DNA from: an uncultured Clostridia bacterium
Lineage (GTDB): Bacteria > Bacillota > Clostridia > TANB77 > CAG-508
Length of the DNA: 64,000 bases
Assembly (NCBI GenBank): GCA_947584805.1
Contig: CANPWU010000005.1
Span: 2,628-66,627, forward strand
Direction of reading: 5' to 3'
The notes beneath the pieces are model-generated. The model worked only from the letters and a program-made list of their open reading frames with translations, was not told the DNA's origin and searched no databases. Both the position numbers and the translations under genes were made by a program. Below are positions 53,135 to 63,442 of the stretch, one piece after another (position 1 is the stretch's first letter; the number at the start of each line of letters is the position of its first letter).

Positions 53135-53875
53135 ATGCAAAATATGAAAAACAAATTACAAATTGCGATTTCTTTAGGGCTTATGTGTATTCTCTTAACT
53201 TGTTCAATTGTAGTTCAACTAAATACAATAAAGGAAGCAACTAAAATAGTTGGAACTTCATATGCAGAACAGGGGTTAAAAGATGAAGTTTTAAGAAAAA
53301 AAGAAGAATATGATAGGCTATATAAAGAACTAGAAGAAAAAGAGCAAGAACTAGAAAAAGCAAGACAAGAATCAGCAAAAGAAAACAGCAGAACTTCGGA
53401 ACTTCAAAATGAACTTGACAAAGCTAATAAGCTTTTAGGCTTAACAGAACTAACAGGTGAAGGAATTATATTAAAAGTACAAGATGGGGATACTTTAACA
53501 AAAAAAGAATCACCTTTGGAAGAAAGCAAAATGTTAATACATGATCAAGACTTAAGAGAATTAGTTAATGAGTTAAAGAATTCTGGTGCAGAAGCGATTT
53601 CAATAAATGATCAAAGAATAGTATATAATACAGCAATTACATGTAGCGGAGCAATAATAACAATAAATGGTGTAAGATTAAGCTCACCATTTGAAATTAA
53701 AGCAATTGGAAATACAGCAAGTTTAAAAGGAGGAATTACGAGAATAGGTAGCTACTTATCAAGAATGGAAGACGAAGGAATTATTGCAAGCTTAGAGGAA
53801 TCAAACAGTGTACAAATTGCTAAATATAGTGGAGTAAATACACCAAAATATATGAAAACTATAAAAAGTAAATAA
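53135..53875 (+). CDS. DUF881-family division/cell-wall cluster protein
   Basis: TM segment, coiled coil, then GEGIILKVQD...LRELVNELKNSGAEAISINDQRIV...ITINGVRLSSPFEIKAIGN, typical of DUF881. Confidence 0.75.
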   Translation: MQNMKNKLQIAISLGLMCILLTCSIVVQLNTIKEATKIVGTSYAEQGLKDEVLRKKEEYDRLYKELEEKEQELEKARQESAKENSRTSELQNELDKANKLLGLTELTGEGIILKVQDGDTLTKKESPLEESKMLIHDQDLRELVNELKNSGAEAISINDQRIVYNTAITCSGAIITINGVRLSSPFEIKAIGNTASLKGGITRIGSYLSRMEDEGIIASLEESNSVQIAKYSGVNTPKYMKTIKSK

Positions 53876-53889
53876 AAACCGAAAGGAAT

Positions 53890-54580
53890 GTGATAAGTTT
53901 GAATAAAAGTAAAATTATAGTTAATATAACAATTGGACTTATGAGTTTTATATTGATATATGTTATGTTTATACAATTCAGAACTATAAATGAAACTAAT
54001 GCAGAAGAAATAGAAGTTATGAGAGAAACCGAACTTAGATCAACACTTGCAACATATAAAACTAACTGCGAAGAAGTAGAAACCGAATTAAAAACAGTCC
54101 AAGATAAAATAAATGAATACAATAAAAATGAAGCATCTGAAGAAAAAACAGTAAGTCTTTTAGAAGAAGAATTACTTGATGCTAATATGCGTCTTCGGAA
54201 AAACAGATGTAACAGGAGAAGGCATTACAATTACTATAGAAAATACAGAAGAAAATGAAATGATGTATTATGATATGTTAGATCTTGTAAATGAATTGTT
54301 TCTTGCAGGAGCAGAAGCAATTTCTGTTAATGAAGAAAGAATAGTTGCAATGACTGATATTAAAACTGTCGGAAGTTTTATTCTAGTAAATAGAGTTAGA
54401 ACAGCATCACCTTATACAGTAAAAGCAATAGGAGATACTAAATATTTAGAAAGTGCCCTTATGATAAAAGGAGGCTATTATGATACTTATAAAGATAGCT
54501 ATAGGATTAATATACAAAAAGGAAATGTTACAATAAATAAATATGATGGAGAAATGACATTAGATTATGTAAAAAAATAA
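53890..54580 (+). CDS. DUF881-family protein (paralogue); +1 shift at CGG 54196-54198
   Basis: Junction NMRL-G-KTDVTGEGITITIENTEE, then LVNELFLAGAEAISVNEERIV...SPYTVKAIGD, parallel to the upstream paralogue. Confidence 0.75.
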
Positions 54581-54610
54581 AAATATACTAAAAAAGAGGA
54601 AGGGATTATT

Positions 54611-54997
54611 ATGATAATTTTATTTATAATCGTAGGATGTTTAATAGGAGTTATTTTAGGAGTATATGCTCCAACAATTTCATATATTTATGCAGATTAT
54701 TTAGCAATATCAATTATAGCAGCACTTGATTCAGTACTTGGTGGAATAACTGCAACATTGAAAAATAATTTTGATTTTAAAGTATTTGTTTCTGGATTTT
54801 TTGTAAATGCGATACTTTCTATTTTATTAACTCTACTTGGAAATAAATTAAATGTTGATATCTATCTTGCTGCTATCGTAGTTTTTGTAGGTAGAATGTT
54901 TAATAATTTAACTATAATCAGAAGATATTACATAGAAAAATGGGACAAAATGTTAAAAACAAGTAAAGAAGAAAAAGGCAAAGAAAAGAGCAAATAA
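54611..54997 (+). CDS. sbp: Small basic protein Sbp (DUF1290)
   Basis: Three or four TM segments, basic tail, conserved position between the DUF881 genes and ftsA. Confidence 0.7.
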   Translation: MIILFIIVGCLIGVILGVYAPTISYIYADYLAISIIAALDSVLGGITATLKNNFDFKVFVSGFFVNAILSILLTLLGNKLNVDIYLAAIVVFVGRMFNNLTIIRRYYIEKWDKMLKTSKEEKGKEKSK

Positions 54998-55112
54998 CAT
55001 ATAACAAATTCGTTACAAAAATGTTACAAAAATATTACAAATTCTATTGACTTTTTTTAAAAAATATTATATTCTAATACATGAAAAATATAAAAAAATG
55101 GAGGAGTTAAGA

Positions 55113-56342
55113 TTGGCAATAGGAGATATAATTGTTGGCTTAGATATAGGCACTTCTAAGGTATCCGCTATTGTTGGAGAGGTAAATAACTTTGGCCAAA
55201 TAGAGATAATTTCTTCCACAAAATGCAAATGTCACGGAATACAAAAAGGAAAAATTGTAGATGAAGATGCTATAAGTTTATCAATAGCCAAAACAATTCA
55301 AGACGCAGAAGATGAAGCCAATTTAAAGATACACTCTGCATATATTACCGTTCCTGGGAAATATATTACTATAGTTCAAAATAGTATTATTAAGGAGGTA
55401 AAAGATAAATACGCAGGAATATCAGTAAAAGATGTTGGTGCAAGTATAATGCAAATAAGGGATATAGAAGTTCCAGAAGGCAAAACAATAATTGATATTG
55501 TCACGGAAAGCTTTATTTTAGATAATGGAGAAGAAGTTCAAGATCCTGTTGGTTGTCTAAGTTCTAATTTTACGATACAAGCTCAAATAATATTAGTTGA
55601 TAAAGATTATTTAAAAAAGATGACTTCTATCATGAAAAAAGCAGGTTTGGAATTAGACGGAATGGTTCCAATAACACTTGCAGAAAGAAACTTAATATTA
55701 GATAGAAATGAATTAAACGATAATGTTATGCTACTTGATATAGGAGCTGGAAATATCGAAATAGGAGTGTTTGAAGGTAATAAATTTATTTATACAAACA
55801 CAATTCCTCTTGGAGGAGATACCATAAGACGAGATATTGAACTTGTTCTAGGAATATCTGAAGAAGAAGCAGATAAATTAAAAAGACAATATGGACTAGC
55901 ACTTAAATCATTTATTGATAATGATAATGATATTTTCTTAAATACGTGCAATGGAGAAAATAAAAGTAGAACTATAAAAAGTTCTGAACTGATAGAGATA
56001 ATTGAAGCAAGAATTGAAGAAATGTTTTCGCTTATTAATAAAGATATTATAAATCAAGGAATAAAGCCAAGAATAAATAATGTAATACTTACGGGACAAG
56101 GTATAACTAATATTAATAAAAGTGATGTAGCTGGGAAAATTGCACTTAATATACCTGTTAAAATATCAACAGGAAGATTAGTAAGTACGATTAAACCTAG
56201 TTTTAGAACTTCTTATGCACTAGTTAGATATGTTTCATCAAAGCCTTTTTCAAAATCTGTAGCTAGTACTATAGATATAACGAGTGATAAAAATATCTTT
56301 AATACGATACTTGAGAGAATAAAAGAATTTTTTTATAGTTAA
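55113..56342 (+). CDS. ftsA: Cell division protein FtsA
   Basis: TTG 55113 lies 7 nt after ggaggag and gives MAIGDIIVGLDIGTSKVSAIVGEV (actin-fold phosphate 1); LLDIGAGNIEIGVF (phosphate 2). ATG 55098 is an alternative start. Confidence 0.88.
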   Translation: MAIGDIIVGLDIGTSKVSAIVGEVNNFGQIEIISSTKCKCHGIQKGKIVDEDAISLSIAKTIQDAEDEANLKIHSAYITVPGKYITIVQNSIIKEVKDKYAGISVKDVGASIMQIRDIEVPEGKTIIDIVTESFILDNGEEVQDPVGCLSSNFTIQAQIILVDKDYLKKMTSIMKKAGLELDGMVPITLAERNLILDRNELNDNVMLLDIGAGNIEIGVFEGNKFIYTNTIPLGGDTIRRDIELVLGISEEEADKLKRQYGLALKSFIDNDNDIFLNTCNGENKSRTIKSSELIEIIEARIEEMFSLINKDIINQGIKPRINNVILTGQGITNINKSDVAGKIALNIPVKISTGRLVSTIKPSFRTSYALVRYVSSKPFSKSVASTIDITSDKNIFNTILERIKEFFYS

Positions 56343-56364
56343 ATGTTAAGGGAGGAACAGAGTT

Positions 56365-57480
56365 ATGTTAGAATATGATGAAATGGACAAAGATGCAAGT
56401 GAAAATGCAATAATAAAAGTAATAGGTGTTGGTGGAGCTGGAAATAATGCCGTAAATAGAATGATTCAAAGCGGAATAAAAGGAGTAGAATTTATTTCTG
56501 TAAATACAGATAGACAAGCTCTTAAAAATTCAAATGCTAGTACAAAAATACAAATAGGAGAGAAAATCACAAGGGGACTTGGAGCCGGAGCAAATCCTGA
56601 TATTGGAGCTCAATCAGCAGAAGAAAATAAAACAGAAATAGCAGAAAGTTTACGCGGAGCAGATATGGTATTTGTAACTGCTGGTATGGGAGGAGGAACA
56701 GGAACTGGTGCTGCCCCAATAGTTGCTGCAGCTGCTAGAGAAATGGGAATTCTTACAATAGGTGTAGTTACTAAACCATTCACATTTGAAGGTAAAAAAA
56801 GATTAGCACAAGCAGAACGTGGAATAGAGAGTTTAAAATCTAAAGTTGATGCATTGGTTGTTATACCAAATGATAAACTACTACAAATTATAGATAGAAA
56901 AACTTCAATGATAGACGCTTTCATTATGGCAGATGATGTATTAAGACAAGGTGTACAAGGCATATCTGACTTAATTGCAAATCCAGGTCTTGTTAATTTG
57001 GACTTTGCAGATGTTAAAACAATAATGTTAAATACAGGAATGGCACACATGGGAATTGGACGTGCAACAGGTGAAAACAGAGCAGAAGACGCTGCAAAAC
57101 AAGCAATTCAAAGCCCACTTCTTGAAACATCTATCGAAGGAGCAAGAGGAGTTATTATTAACATTACTGGTTCTGAAAGTGTAGGATTACAAGAAATTAA
57201 TACTGCAGCAGAGCTTGTTCAAAGAAGTGTAGATCCAGAAGCAAACATCATATTTGGTACAGCAATTGATGAAAATTTAGGTGATGAAATTGTTATAACA
57301 GTTATCGCAACAGGATTTGACAAAGAAAGACCAACTTCAAATCTTGGCGTAGATCAAATTGTAGCAAAAGCATGGGATAAGAAAATCACATCAGTTCCAT
57401 CTTCAATTGAAAGTACAAATGGAAGTTCTACAGATTTAGACATCCCTTCTTTCCTTAGAAAAAACAAAACTATGAAATAA
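56365..57480 (+). CDS. ftsZ: Cell division GTPase FtsZ
   Basis: [13 protein letters not shown]; tubulin signature [13 protein letters not shown]; NLDFADVKT. Confidence 0.95.
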   Translation: MLEYDEMDKDASENAIIKVIGVGGAGNNAVNRMIQSGIKGVEFISVNTDRQALKNSNASTKIQIGEKITRGLGAGANPDIGAQSAEENKTEIAESLRGADMVFVTAGMGGGTGTGAAPIVAAAAREMGILTIGVVTKPFTFEGKKRLAQAERGIESLKSKVDALVVIPNDKLLQIIDRKTSMIDAFIMADDVLRQGVQGISDLIANPGLVNLDFADVKTIMLNTGMAHMGIGRATGENRAEDAAKQAIQSPLLETSIEGARGVIINITGSESVGLQEINTAAELVQRSVDPEANIIFGTAIDENLGDEIVITVIATGFDKERPTSNLGVDQIVAKAWDKKITSVPSSIESTNGSSTDLDIPSFLRKNKTMK

Positions 57481-57503
57481 TAAAACAAGTTAAAATATAA
57501 AAA

Positions 57504-57532
57504 ATGGAGATTTAAAAATCTCCATTTTTTTT
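57504..57532 (+). terminator. Terminator after ftsZ
   Basis: Stem atggagat / atctccat followed by T8. Confidence 0.7.
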
Positions 57533-57550
57533 GTAAAAATAATAATTAAT

Positions 57551-57579
57551 GTTGACTTTTTAATTTAGTATATGTATAA
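57551..57579 (+). promoter_or_regulatory. Sigma-A type promoter
   Basis: TTGACT, 17-nt spacer, TATAAT. About 290 nt upstream of the 1052-aa ORF. Confidence 0.5.
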
Positions 57580-57636
57580 TAAAATTGTATTGAATAAAAA
57601 GTGTCAATACAAAAGTAAAAGAAAAGGACGAAAATA

Positions 57637-57777
57637 TTGAGAATACAAAGGCAAAATTATTGTAGCTGTTTACACATACAAAGTGCAGGTGGCTCTAATG
57701 AATATTTAAAATGTAATAAATGTAATAAAATAGAAATAGTAAATATGAGAACATATGGAATTGGTATGTCATTTTGA
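57637..57777 (+). CDS. Candidate small zinc-ribbon protein (46 aa, TTG start)
   Basis: aaagga RBS; MRIQRQNYCSCLHIQSAGGSNEYLKCNKCNKIEIVNMRTYGIGMSF* with CxC...CxxC. Weak. Confidence 0.25.
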   Translation: MRIQRQNYCSCLHIQSAGGSNEYLKCNKCNKIEIVNMRTYGIGMSF

Positions 57778-57870
57778 TATACAAATTTCATATGTCCTTT
57801 TTGCTTGCCTAAAAAACAATAAGTAAGTCATAAATTTTGAGAAAGATAGAAAATCAAAGGAGGAAAAGGA

Positions 57871-60800
57871 GTGAAAAAAACTAGAAATTTTAAAAATGAA
57901 AAAGGAATAACATTAATTGTACTAATAATTATGATAATGATATTAATCATATTATCAGCAGTAGTAATAAAAGGAGTAACAGGAGATAATTTAATAAATA
58001 CAACATTATCAACAGCAGATGAATATACAATAAAATCATATAAAGAGCAGGTAGATGCAGCAGCAAGAAATATCATATTAAAAAATACAGCAGGAGGAAG
58101 AGATACAAGTATAACAGGAATAACAGAAGAGATGAATAAAACAGAGACATCTTGGATAAGGAAAGCAGAAAAAGTAAATGAATATATGATAGTAACAGTA
58201 GAAAACAAATGCACATATCAGGTATATTATGATCCAGTGTATGGAGTACTTTTTACAGAGTATATAGGAAGAGATGATGGAAAAGGTTTTCCAAGTTTAA
58301 ATATGAGGTATGACAGAGCAAAAATAATGGGACAAGTCAAAGCAGAAAGTGGAGAGACAATAGAGAAAGTAGAATTAATATATAGAGGAGTAGTAAAACA
58401 AAAGCAAGATAAGCCAAGTGAAAATATAGAGTTTAATGCGGAAGAAACAGGTACAGGGTGGTATATAATAAAAGCAACATCAAGTAGTGGAAAGACAATA
58501 TATAACTGGATAAGAGTAATATCAACGTCAGATAAACTAAACGCACCAAGAATAGTAATAACAGCAGAAAAAGGAAGTAGAACAGAGAGTGGATGGTATA
58601 ATAAAGAATCAGGTAAAATAACAGCAACAATAACAGCAAATAGTAATAGTGCAAAGGGAATAAAATATTGGATAAGTACGGAATTAACAAATGACCCAAA
58701 TGAAGACGGGATAGTAGTAGATCAAAAAAGTGCACAAGTACAAATAAGCGGAGAAGGAACCAAGAGGATAATAGCAGTAGAAATAGATGAAAAAGGAAAT
58801 GAATCAGAAGGAAGAGCAAGTGAGATAGTAAATATAGATACGATAGTACCAATAAAGACAGTAACACAAAAGATAAGAGGAACAGAAACAGATGCAAAAC
58901 TTCCGACAAGCGGATGGTATAAAGAAGATGTAGAAGTAATAGTAGATGTAAAAGACGAAAATGGTTCGGGTGAGAATGGATATGAATACATGATAAATAA
59001 TGGGCAAGAAACAGATGAAGAGAGTTGGACAAAGAGAAATAAAAAAAATAAAATAATATTTCAAACAGAGGGAAAGAATGTTGTAGTAATAAGAGGACTA
59101 GATGTAGCAGAGAATCATTCCGAAGAAGAAACAGTAACAATACAATTAGATAAAACAGCACCAGACTTTACAAAAGATCCAACTGTAACAGAACAAGCAG
59201 CAACAAGCTTTAAAGTAGAAACACAAGCAAATGATAACTTATCAGGAAATGCAGAAAATGGAGGAGAAATAACATATACATGTACAGTAACAAGAAGTGA
59301 TAATAAAGAAAAAGTAGGAGAAATACAAACAAATAAAACAGGGATATTTAATATAACAGGATTAAATCCAAAAATGCAATATGAAATAAGAATAGATGTA
59401 ACAGATCCAGCAGGAAATACAAGATCAAAGACAGTAACAAGTGCGACAGTAGGAAAACTAGAAAAACCGATAATAACTATAGAAGAAAAAAATCAAGGAG
59501 AAAAGCATGAAGAATGGTATACAGGAACAGTAATAATCACAATAAAAGATCCAGTAGAAGAAAATACAACTGGAGCAACAGGAATAAGCTATACAATAGC
59601 TAAAATAACTAATACAGGTAGCAATTTAAAAGTATTATCAGGAACTCCAGAAGGAAGAGAAACAAAAATAGAATTTACATCAGCAGAAGGAGAAATAAAA
59701 GTAACAGCAAACATGGTAGGATTAAATGGAGGAGGACCAATAGAAACTAAAACGTTCAAAAGGGATGTGACAGCACCAGATACGCCATCTATAACAGTAG
59801 GAGAGAAAACAGAAAATACAATAAAAGTAACAGCCAGAAGTTCAGATACAATATCAGGACTTGCAAGTTACAAATTTGAGTATAGCACAAGTTCAAGTGG
59901 ACCATGGAAAACGCCAACAAATACAGATAAAGGATTTAAAAGTACATTAAACCAAAACACATGTGATTATGAATATGAAGGATTAGAAGCTTCAACAACA
60001 TATTATTTTAGAGTAACGGTAACAGATAATGCAGGATGGAGTTCATCAAATGATGGAAAAATAAATGAAACAACAGAAGAAGCAGGAATAACACCAACAG
60101 AATCAATGATAGGAAAAACAGTAGCAGGATATAATCCAAAATTAAATACAACTACAGGCACAAAGGGAGGAACAACTAATAGCAGTGGCTATACACCAGA
60201 TTCACAGTATGCAGGAACTAGCAGTAGTGAACCATTTACCACCGAAAATTTGGGATGGAGAATTTGGGGATTAGATAGTAATAACATTTATTTAATATCA
60301 GCAACAGCAACTTCAGCAACATTAAGATTATCCGGAGCACAAGGATATAATAATGGAGTATATATACTAAATGAAATATGTAGGACATGTTATACAGATA
60401 GTAACTATAGTGGAGTATCAGTAAGAAGTATGAATATAAGGGACATAGAAGAGCTATATGACAAAGGAATAATGACATATAATTATAGAAGCTATAACGA
60501 ATATGGTGCGTCTCTATTTAGCATTAATTATCCATGGCCAACAACTTGGACAAATTGGGATCGTAGCACTGGAATACCTTTTATGAGTAGGAGTATACAA
60601 CCTAATTTGATAGAATCAAATTCTCAAACACAACCAACTTCATATTCGAATCCGATCTCTTCTTATTGGGGACATACTTTTGCTGATCAGGAAGGTTACA
60701 CTAACTTTTCTGATACGTATTTGGGCGAAGTATATCCAAATATGATATTTGGCCCTCCAAAGAACTTGAGTGTAGATCCATCGTTTGTCTATTGGTTGGC

Positions 60801-61029
60801 GTCGCGTAGCGTTAATCCTCAGAGTACCGCCACTTGTTACTTCCAGATGTGTAAGGTGGGCGGTTGCGGCGTAGATAGCGCGACTATGTGGTTTTATGGT
60901 AAAGGAGCTCAACAAATACGTTCTGGTATGAATTCTGTTCGCCCAATAGTTACTATTCCTTTAACAAACTGCAAGATAACAAAATCGACTGATGGAAAGA
61001 CCGACTATAACATATCGGCAAGGCATTAA
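57871..61029 (+). CDS. Large surface protein (1052 aa) with prepilin-like N-terminus and Ig/FN3-like repeats
   Basis: GTG start after aaaggaggaaaagga. KNEKG-ITLIVLIIMIMILIILSAVVI resembles a class III (prepilin) signal but has V rather than E at +5. Repeated D-x-x-SG Ig-like and FN3-like modules (TAPDTPSITVGEKTENTIKVTARSSDTISGLASYKFEYS). The C-terminal domain has a different composition. Confidence 0.7.
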   Translation: MKKTRNFKNEKGITLIVLIIMIMILIILSAVVIKGVTGDNLINTTLSTADEYTIKSYKEQVDAAARNIILKNTAGGRDTSITGITEEMNKTETSWIRKAEKVNEYMIVTVENKCTYQVYYDPVYGVLFTEYIGRDDGKGFPSLNMRYDRAKIMGQVKAESGETIEKVELIYRGVVKQKQDKPSENIEFNAEETGTGWYIIKATSSSGKTIYNWIRVISTSDKLNAPRIVITAEKGSRTESGWYNKESGKITATITANSNSAKGIKYWISTELTNDPNEDGIVVDQKSAQVQISGEGTKRIIAVEIDEKGNESEGRASEIVNIDTIVPIKTVTQKIRGTETDAKLPTSGWYKEDVEVIVDVKDENGSGENGYEYMINNGQETDEESWTKRNKKNKIIFQTEGKNVVVIRGLDVAENHSEEETVTIQLDKTAPDFTKDPTVTEQAATSFKVETQANDNLSGNAENGGEITYTCTVTRSDNKEKVGEIQTNKTGIFNITGLNPKMQYEIRIDVTDPAGNTRSKTVTSATVGKLEKPIITIEEKNQGEKHEEWYTGTVIITIKDPVEENTTGATGISYTIAKITNTGSNLKVLSGTPEGRETKIEFTSAEGEIKVTANMVGLNGGGPIETKTFKRDVTAPDTPSITVGEKTENTIKVTARSSDTISGLASYKFEYSTSSSGPWKTPTNTDKGFKSTLNQNTCDYEYEGLEASTTYYFRVTVTDNAGWSSSNDGKINETTEEAGITPTESMIGKTVAGYNPKLNTTTGTKGGTTNSSGYTPDSQYAGTSSSEPFTTENLGWRIWGLDSNNIYLISATATSATLRLSGAQGYNNGVYILNEICRTCYTDSNYSGVSVRSMNIRDIEELYDKGIMTYNYRSYNEYGASLFSINYPWPTTWTNWDRSTGIPFMSRSIQPNLIESNSQTQPTSYSNPISSYWGHTFADQEGYTNFSDTYLGEVYPNMIFGPPKNLSVDPSFVYWLASRSVNPQSTATCYFQMCKVGGCGVDSATMWFYGKGAQQIRSGMNSVRPIVTIPLTNCKITKSTDGKTDYNISARH

Positions 61030-61081
61030 AAATTATAAATTTTTTTTCTAGATATTATATATACATAGAGAGGAAAAAATT

Positions 61082-63017
61082 ATGGAAAGCAGTAGAGAAG
61101 CATATATAAAGCTATTAAGTAAAACATTTAAAAACGAGAATGAAGTACTAGAAGAAATGATAAACTTAAAGTCAATATTAGAACTTCCAAAAGGAACAGA
61201 AGTATTTTTAAGTGATATACATGGAGAATATGAACCATTTATACATGTATTAAATAGCGGTGCAGGAAGAGTAAGAAACAAAATCGAGTTAGCATTTGGA
61301 GATAAATTATCTGCAATTGAAAAAAATAAGCTTGCAACACTTATATATTATCCAGAAGAAAAAATAAAAAGAGAAAAAGAAAAGAATGCAAATATAGTAA
61401 AGTGGTATGAAGACAATATAGTAAAATTAGTAGAAGTGTGCAGAAGAGCAGGAGGAAAATATACTCGTTCAAAGGTAAGAAAAGCATTCCCAAAGTTTAA
61501 ATATATTCTAGATGAATTAGTACATGTTCCAGAAGAAGTAGATAATAAAGAAGAGTATTATAATTCAATAATAAAAGCAATAGTAGAACTTGGAATTGCA
61601 GATGAGTTTATAATTTCAATAACAGATGCAATAAAATCTATGTCAATTGATCATTTACATGTAGTTGGAGATATTTTTGACAGAGGAATACATCCTGATT
61701 ATATAATTGAAGAGCTTATGAAATTTCACAGTGTTGATATACAATGGGGAAATCATGATATATTGTGGATGGGTGCAGCATGCGGAAATATTCAATGTAT
61801 TGCAAATGTTATTAGAATATGCGCAAGATATGGAAATATAAGAATTCTAGAAGATACATATGGAATAAACATGAGACCACTTTCAATATTTGCATTAGAT
61901 ACATATATTGAAAAGCCATCAGATTGGCTTCTTCCAAAAGAATTTGACTATAACAAATATGGAGAAAGCGACAAAATAGTTCTTGCAAAAATACAAAAAG
62001 CAATTGCTGTTATACAATTTAAAATAGAAGGCGAGCTTATAAAAAAGCATCCAGAATATAAGATGGAAGACAGATTACTTTTAGATAAAATAAATTATGA
62101 TAAAGGAACAGTTATAATTTCAGGAAAAGAGTATGAATTAAATGATAAAAATTTCCCAACAATTGATAAAAACGATCCATATAAGCTTACAGAGAAAGAG
62201 GAAGAACTAATAGGAAGATTAAAAGAATCTTTTATGGCAAGTACAAAACTTCAAGAGCACATAAAATTTTTGTATGCAAAAGGTTCTACTTACAAAATAT
62301 TCAATTCTAATTTATTAATACACGCGTGTATTCCAATAGAAGAGGACGGAAACTATACAAAAATTACATTGCTTGGAAAGACTTTAGAAGGAAAAGAATA
62401 TTTAGATTATCTAGATAAAGTTATTAGAAAAGCATATTTTGAAGATAATCAAGAAGCTAAAGACTATATGTGGTATCTATGGTGTGGAAAAGATTCGCCA
62501 TTCTTTGGAAAAGATAAAATGACAACTTTTGAACAATATTTTGTTGAAGATAAAGAAGTTAGAAAAGAAAACAAAATACCTTATTACAAATATATATTAG
62601 ATGAAAACTATTGCAAAAAACTTTTGAAAGATTTTGGAATTAATGAAGAATTTTCACACATAGTAAATGGGCATGTACCAGTAAAAGCAAATGATGGAGA
62701 AAGTCCAGTAAAGGCAAACCGGAAAACTTTTAGTAATAGACGGAGGCTTTGCAAAAAGCTATAGACAAAAAACAGGAGAAGCAGGTTATGTACTTTCATA
62801 TAATTCATATGGACTTGTACTAACTGCAAATAAAACTTTTGAAACTATAGAAAAAGTTATAGAAACTGAAAACGAAGTGCCAACAGAAATTGTAGTAAAT
62901 GATAAGTCCATAAAGAGAAGGAGAGTAGGAGACACAGACATAGGAAAAGAGCTAAAAGAACAAATTGCGTGTTTAACAGAGCTATTGGAATATTATAGAA
63001 ATGGAAGCATAAGCTAA
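61082..63017 (+). CDS. fbp: Fructose-1,6-bisphosphatase class 3; +1 shift at CGG 62720-62722
   Basis: Metallophosphoesterase motifs HVVGDIFDRG and WGNHD. Junction [42 protein letters not shown]. Ends TAA 63015-63017. Confidence 0.88.
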
Positions 63018-63164
63018 AATATGTCAGAAAAATTTTCAATATAAGTGAAAGATTTTTTAAAAACAAGAAAATGTTTCACTACACAAATTTAACAGTTATA
63101 TTTTTCATTAGTTTGTTTTTCCCAATTAGGGAAGTCAAAAAATCTGAAAATTTGATTAAAATAC

Positions 63165-63193
63165 TTGATTTTATAAATAAAATCAAGTATAAT
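63165..63193 (+). promoter_or_regulatory. Promoter of the type III TA locus
   Basis: TTGATT, 17-nt spacer, TATAAT. Confidence 0.6.
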
Positions 63194-63228
63194 AAATATA
63201 CTAATATTGATAAAGTAATTTATCAAAT

Positions 63229-63395
63229 AAACTAGGTTAGCACAAACCTTTGATTAACTTCATAAATAAGTGCAATTCAAACATTAGGTTAGATATGAGC
63301 CTTTAGAATGAAAATTCTATAAACGAATATCCTATTTAACATTAGGTTAGAAACGAGCCTTTAGGTTAAACTATAAACGAGTTTCCAGAAAAATT
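63229..63395 (+). ncRNA. Candidate type III antitoxin RNA (ToxI-like): three degenerate tandem repeats of about 52-58 nt
   Basis: Units start near 63229, 63280 and 63338 and share AAC(A)TTAGGTTAG, (GAG)CCTTTAG and CTATAAACGA blocks. Located between a promoter and a terminator, directly upstream of a ToxN homologue. Confidence 0.7.
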
Positions 63396-63397
63396 AT

Positions 63398-63426
63398 GGG
63401 GGTACTAAAAAGTATCCCCTATATTT
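63398..63426 (+). terminator. Terminator/attenuator between the repeats and toxN
   Basis: Stem gggggtact / agtatcccc (one G-U pair), loop aaaa, followed by a T-rich tail. Confidence 0.6.
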
Positions 63427-63442
63427 GTAATTGGAGGAATTT

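Noticed and set aside
58433-59161. Long minus-strand ORFs inside the pilin-like gene (58433-59161, 58722-58991, 58804-59064, 60236-60478, 60640-60915)
   Set aside because: They give Leu/Phe-rich nonsense translations antisense to a purine-rich coding strand and have no RBS. These are classic shadow ORFs.
63229-63395. The tandem repeats as a CRISPR array
   Set aside because: There are only three degenerate units with no unique spacers between conserved repeats and no cas genes. A terminator and a ToxN homologue lie immediately downstream, which fits a type III antitoxin instead.
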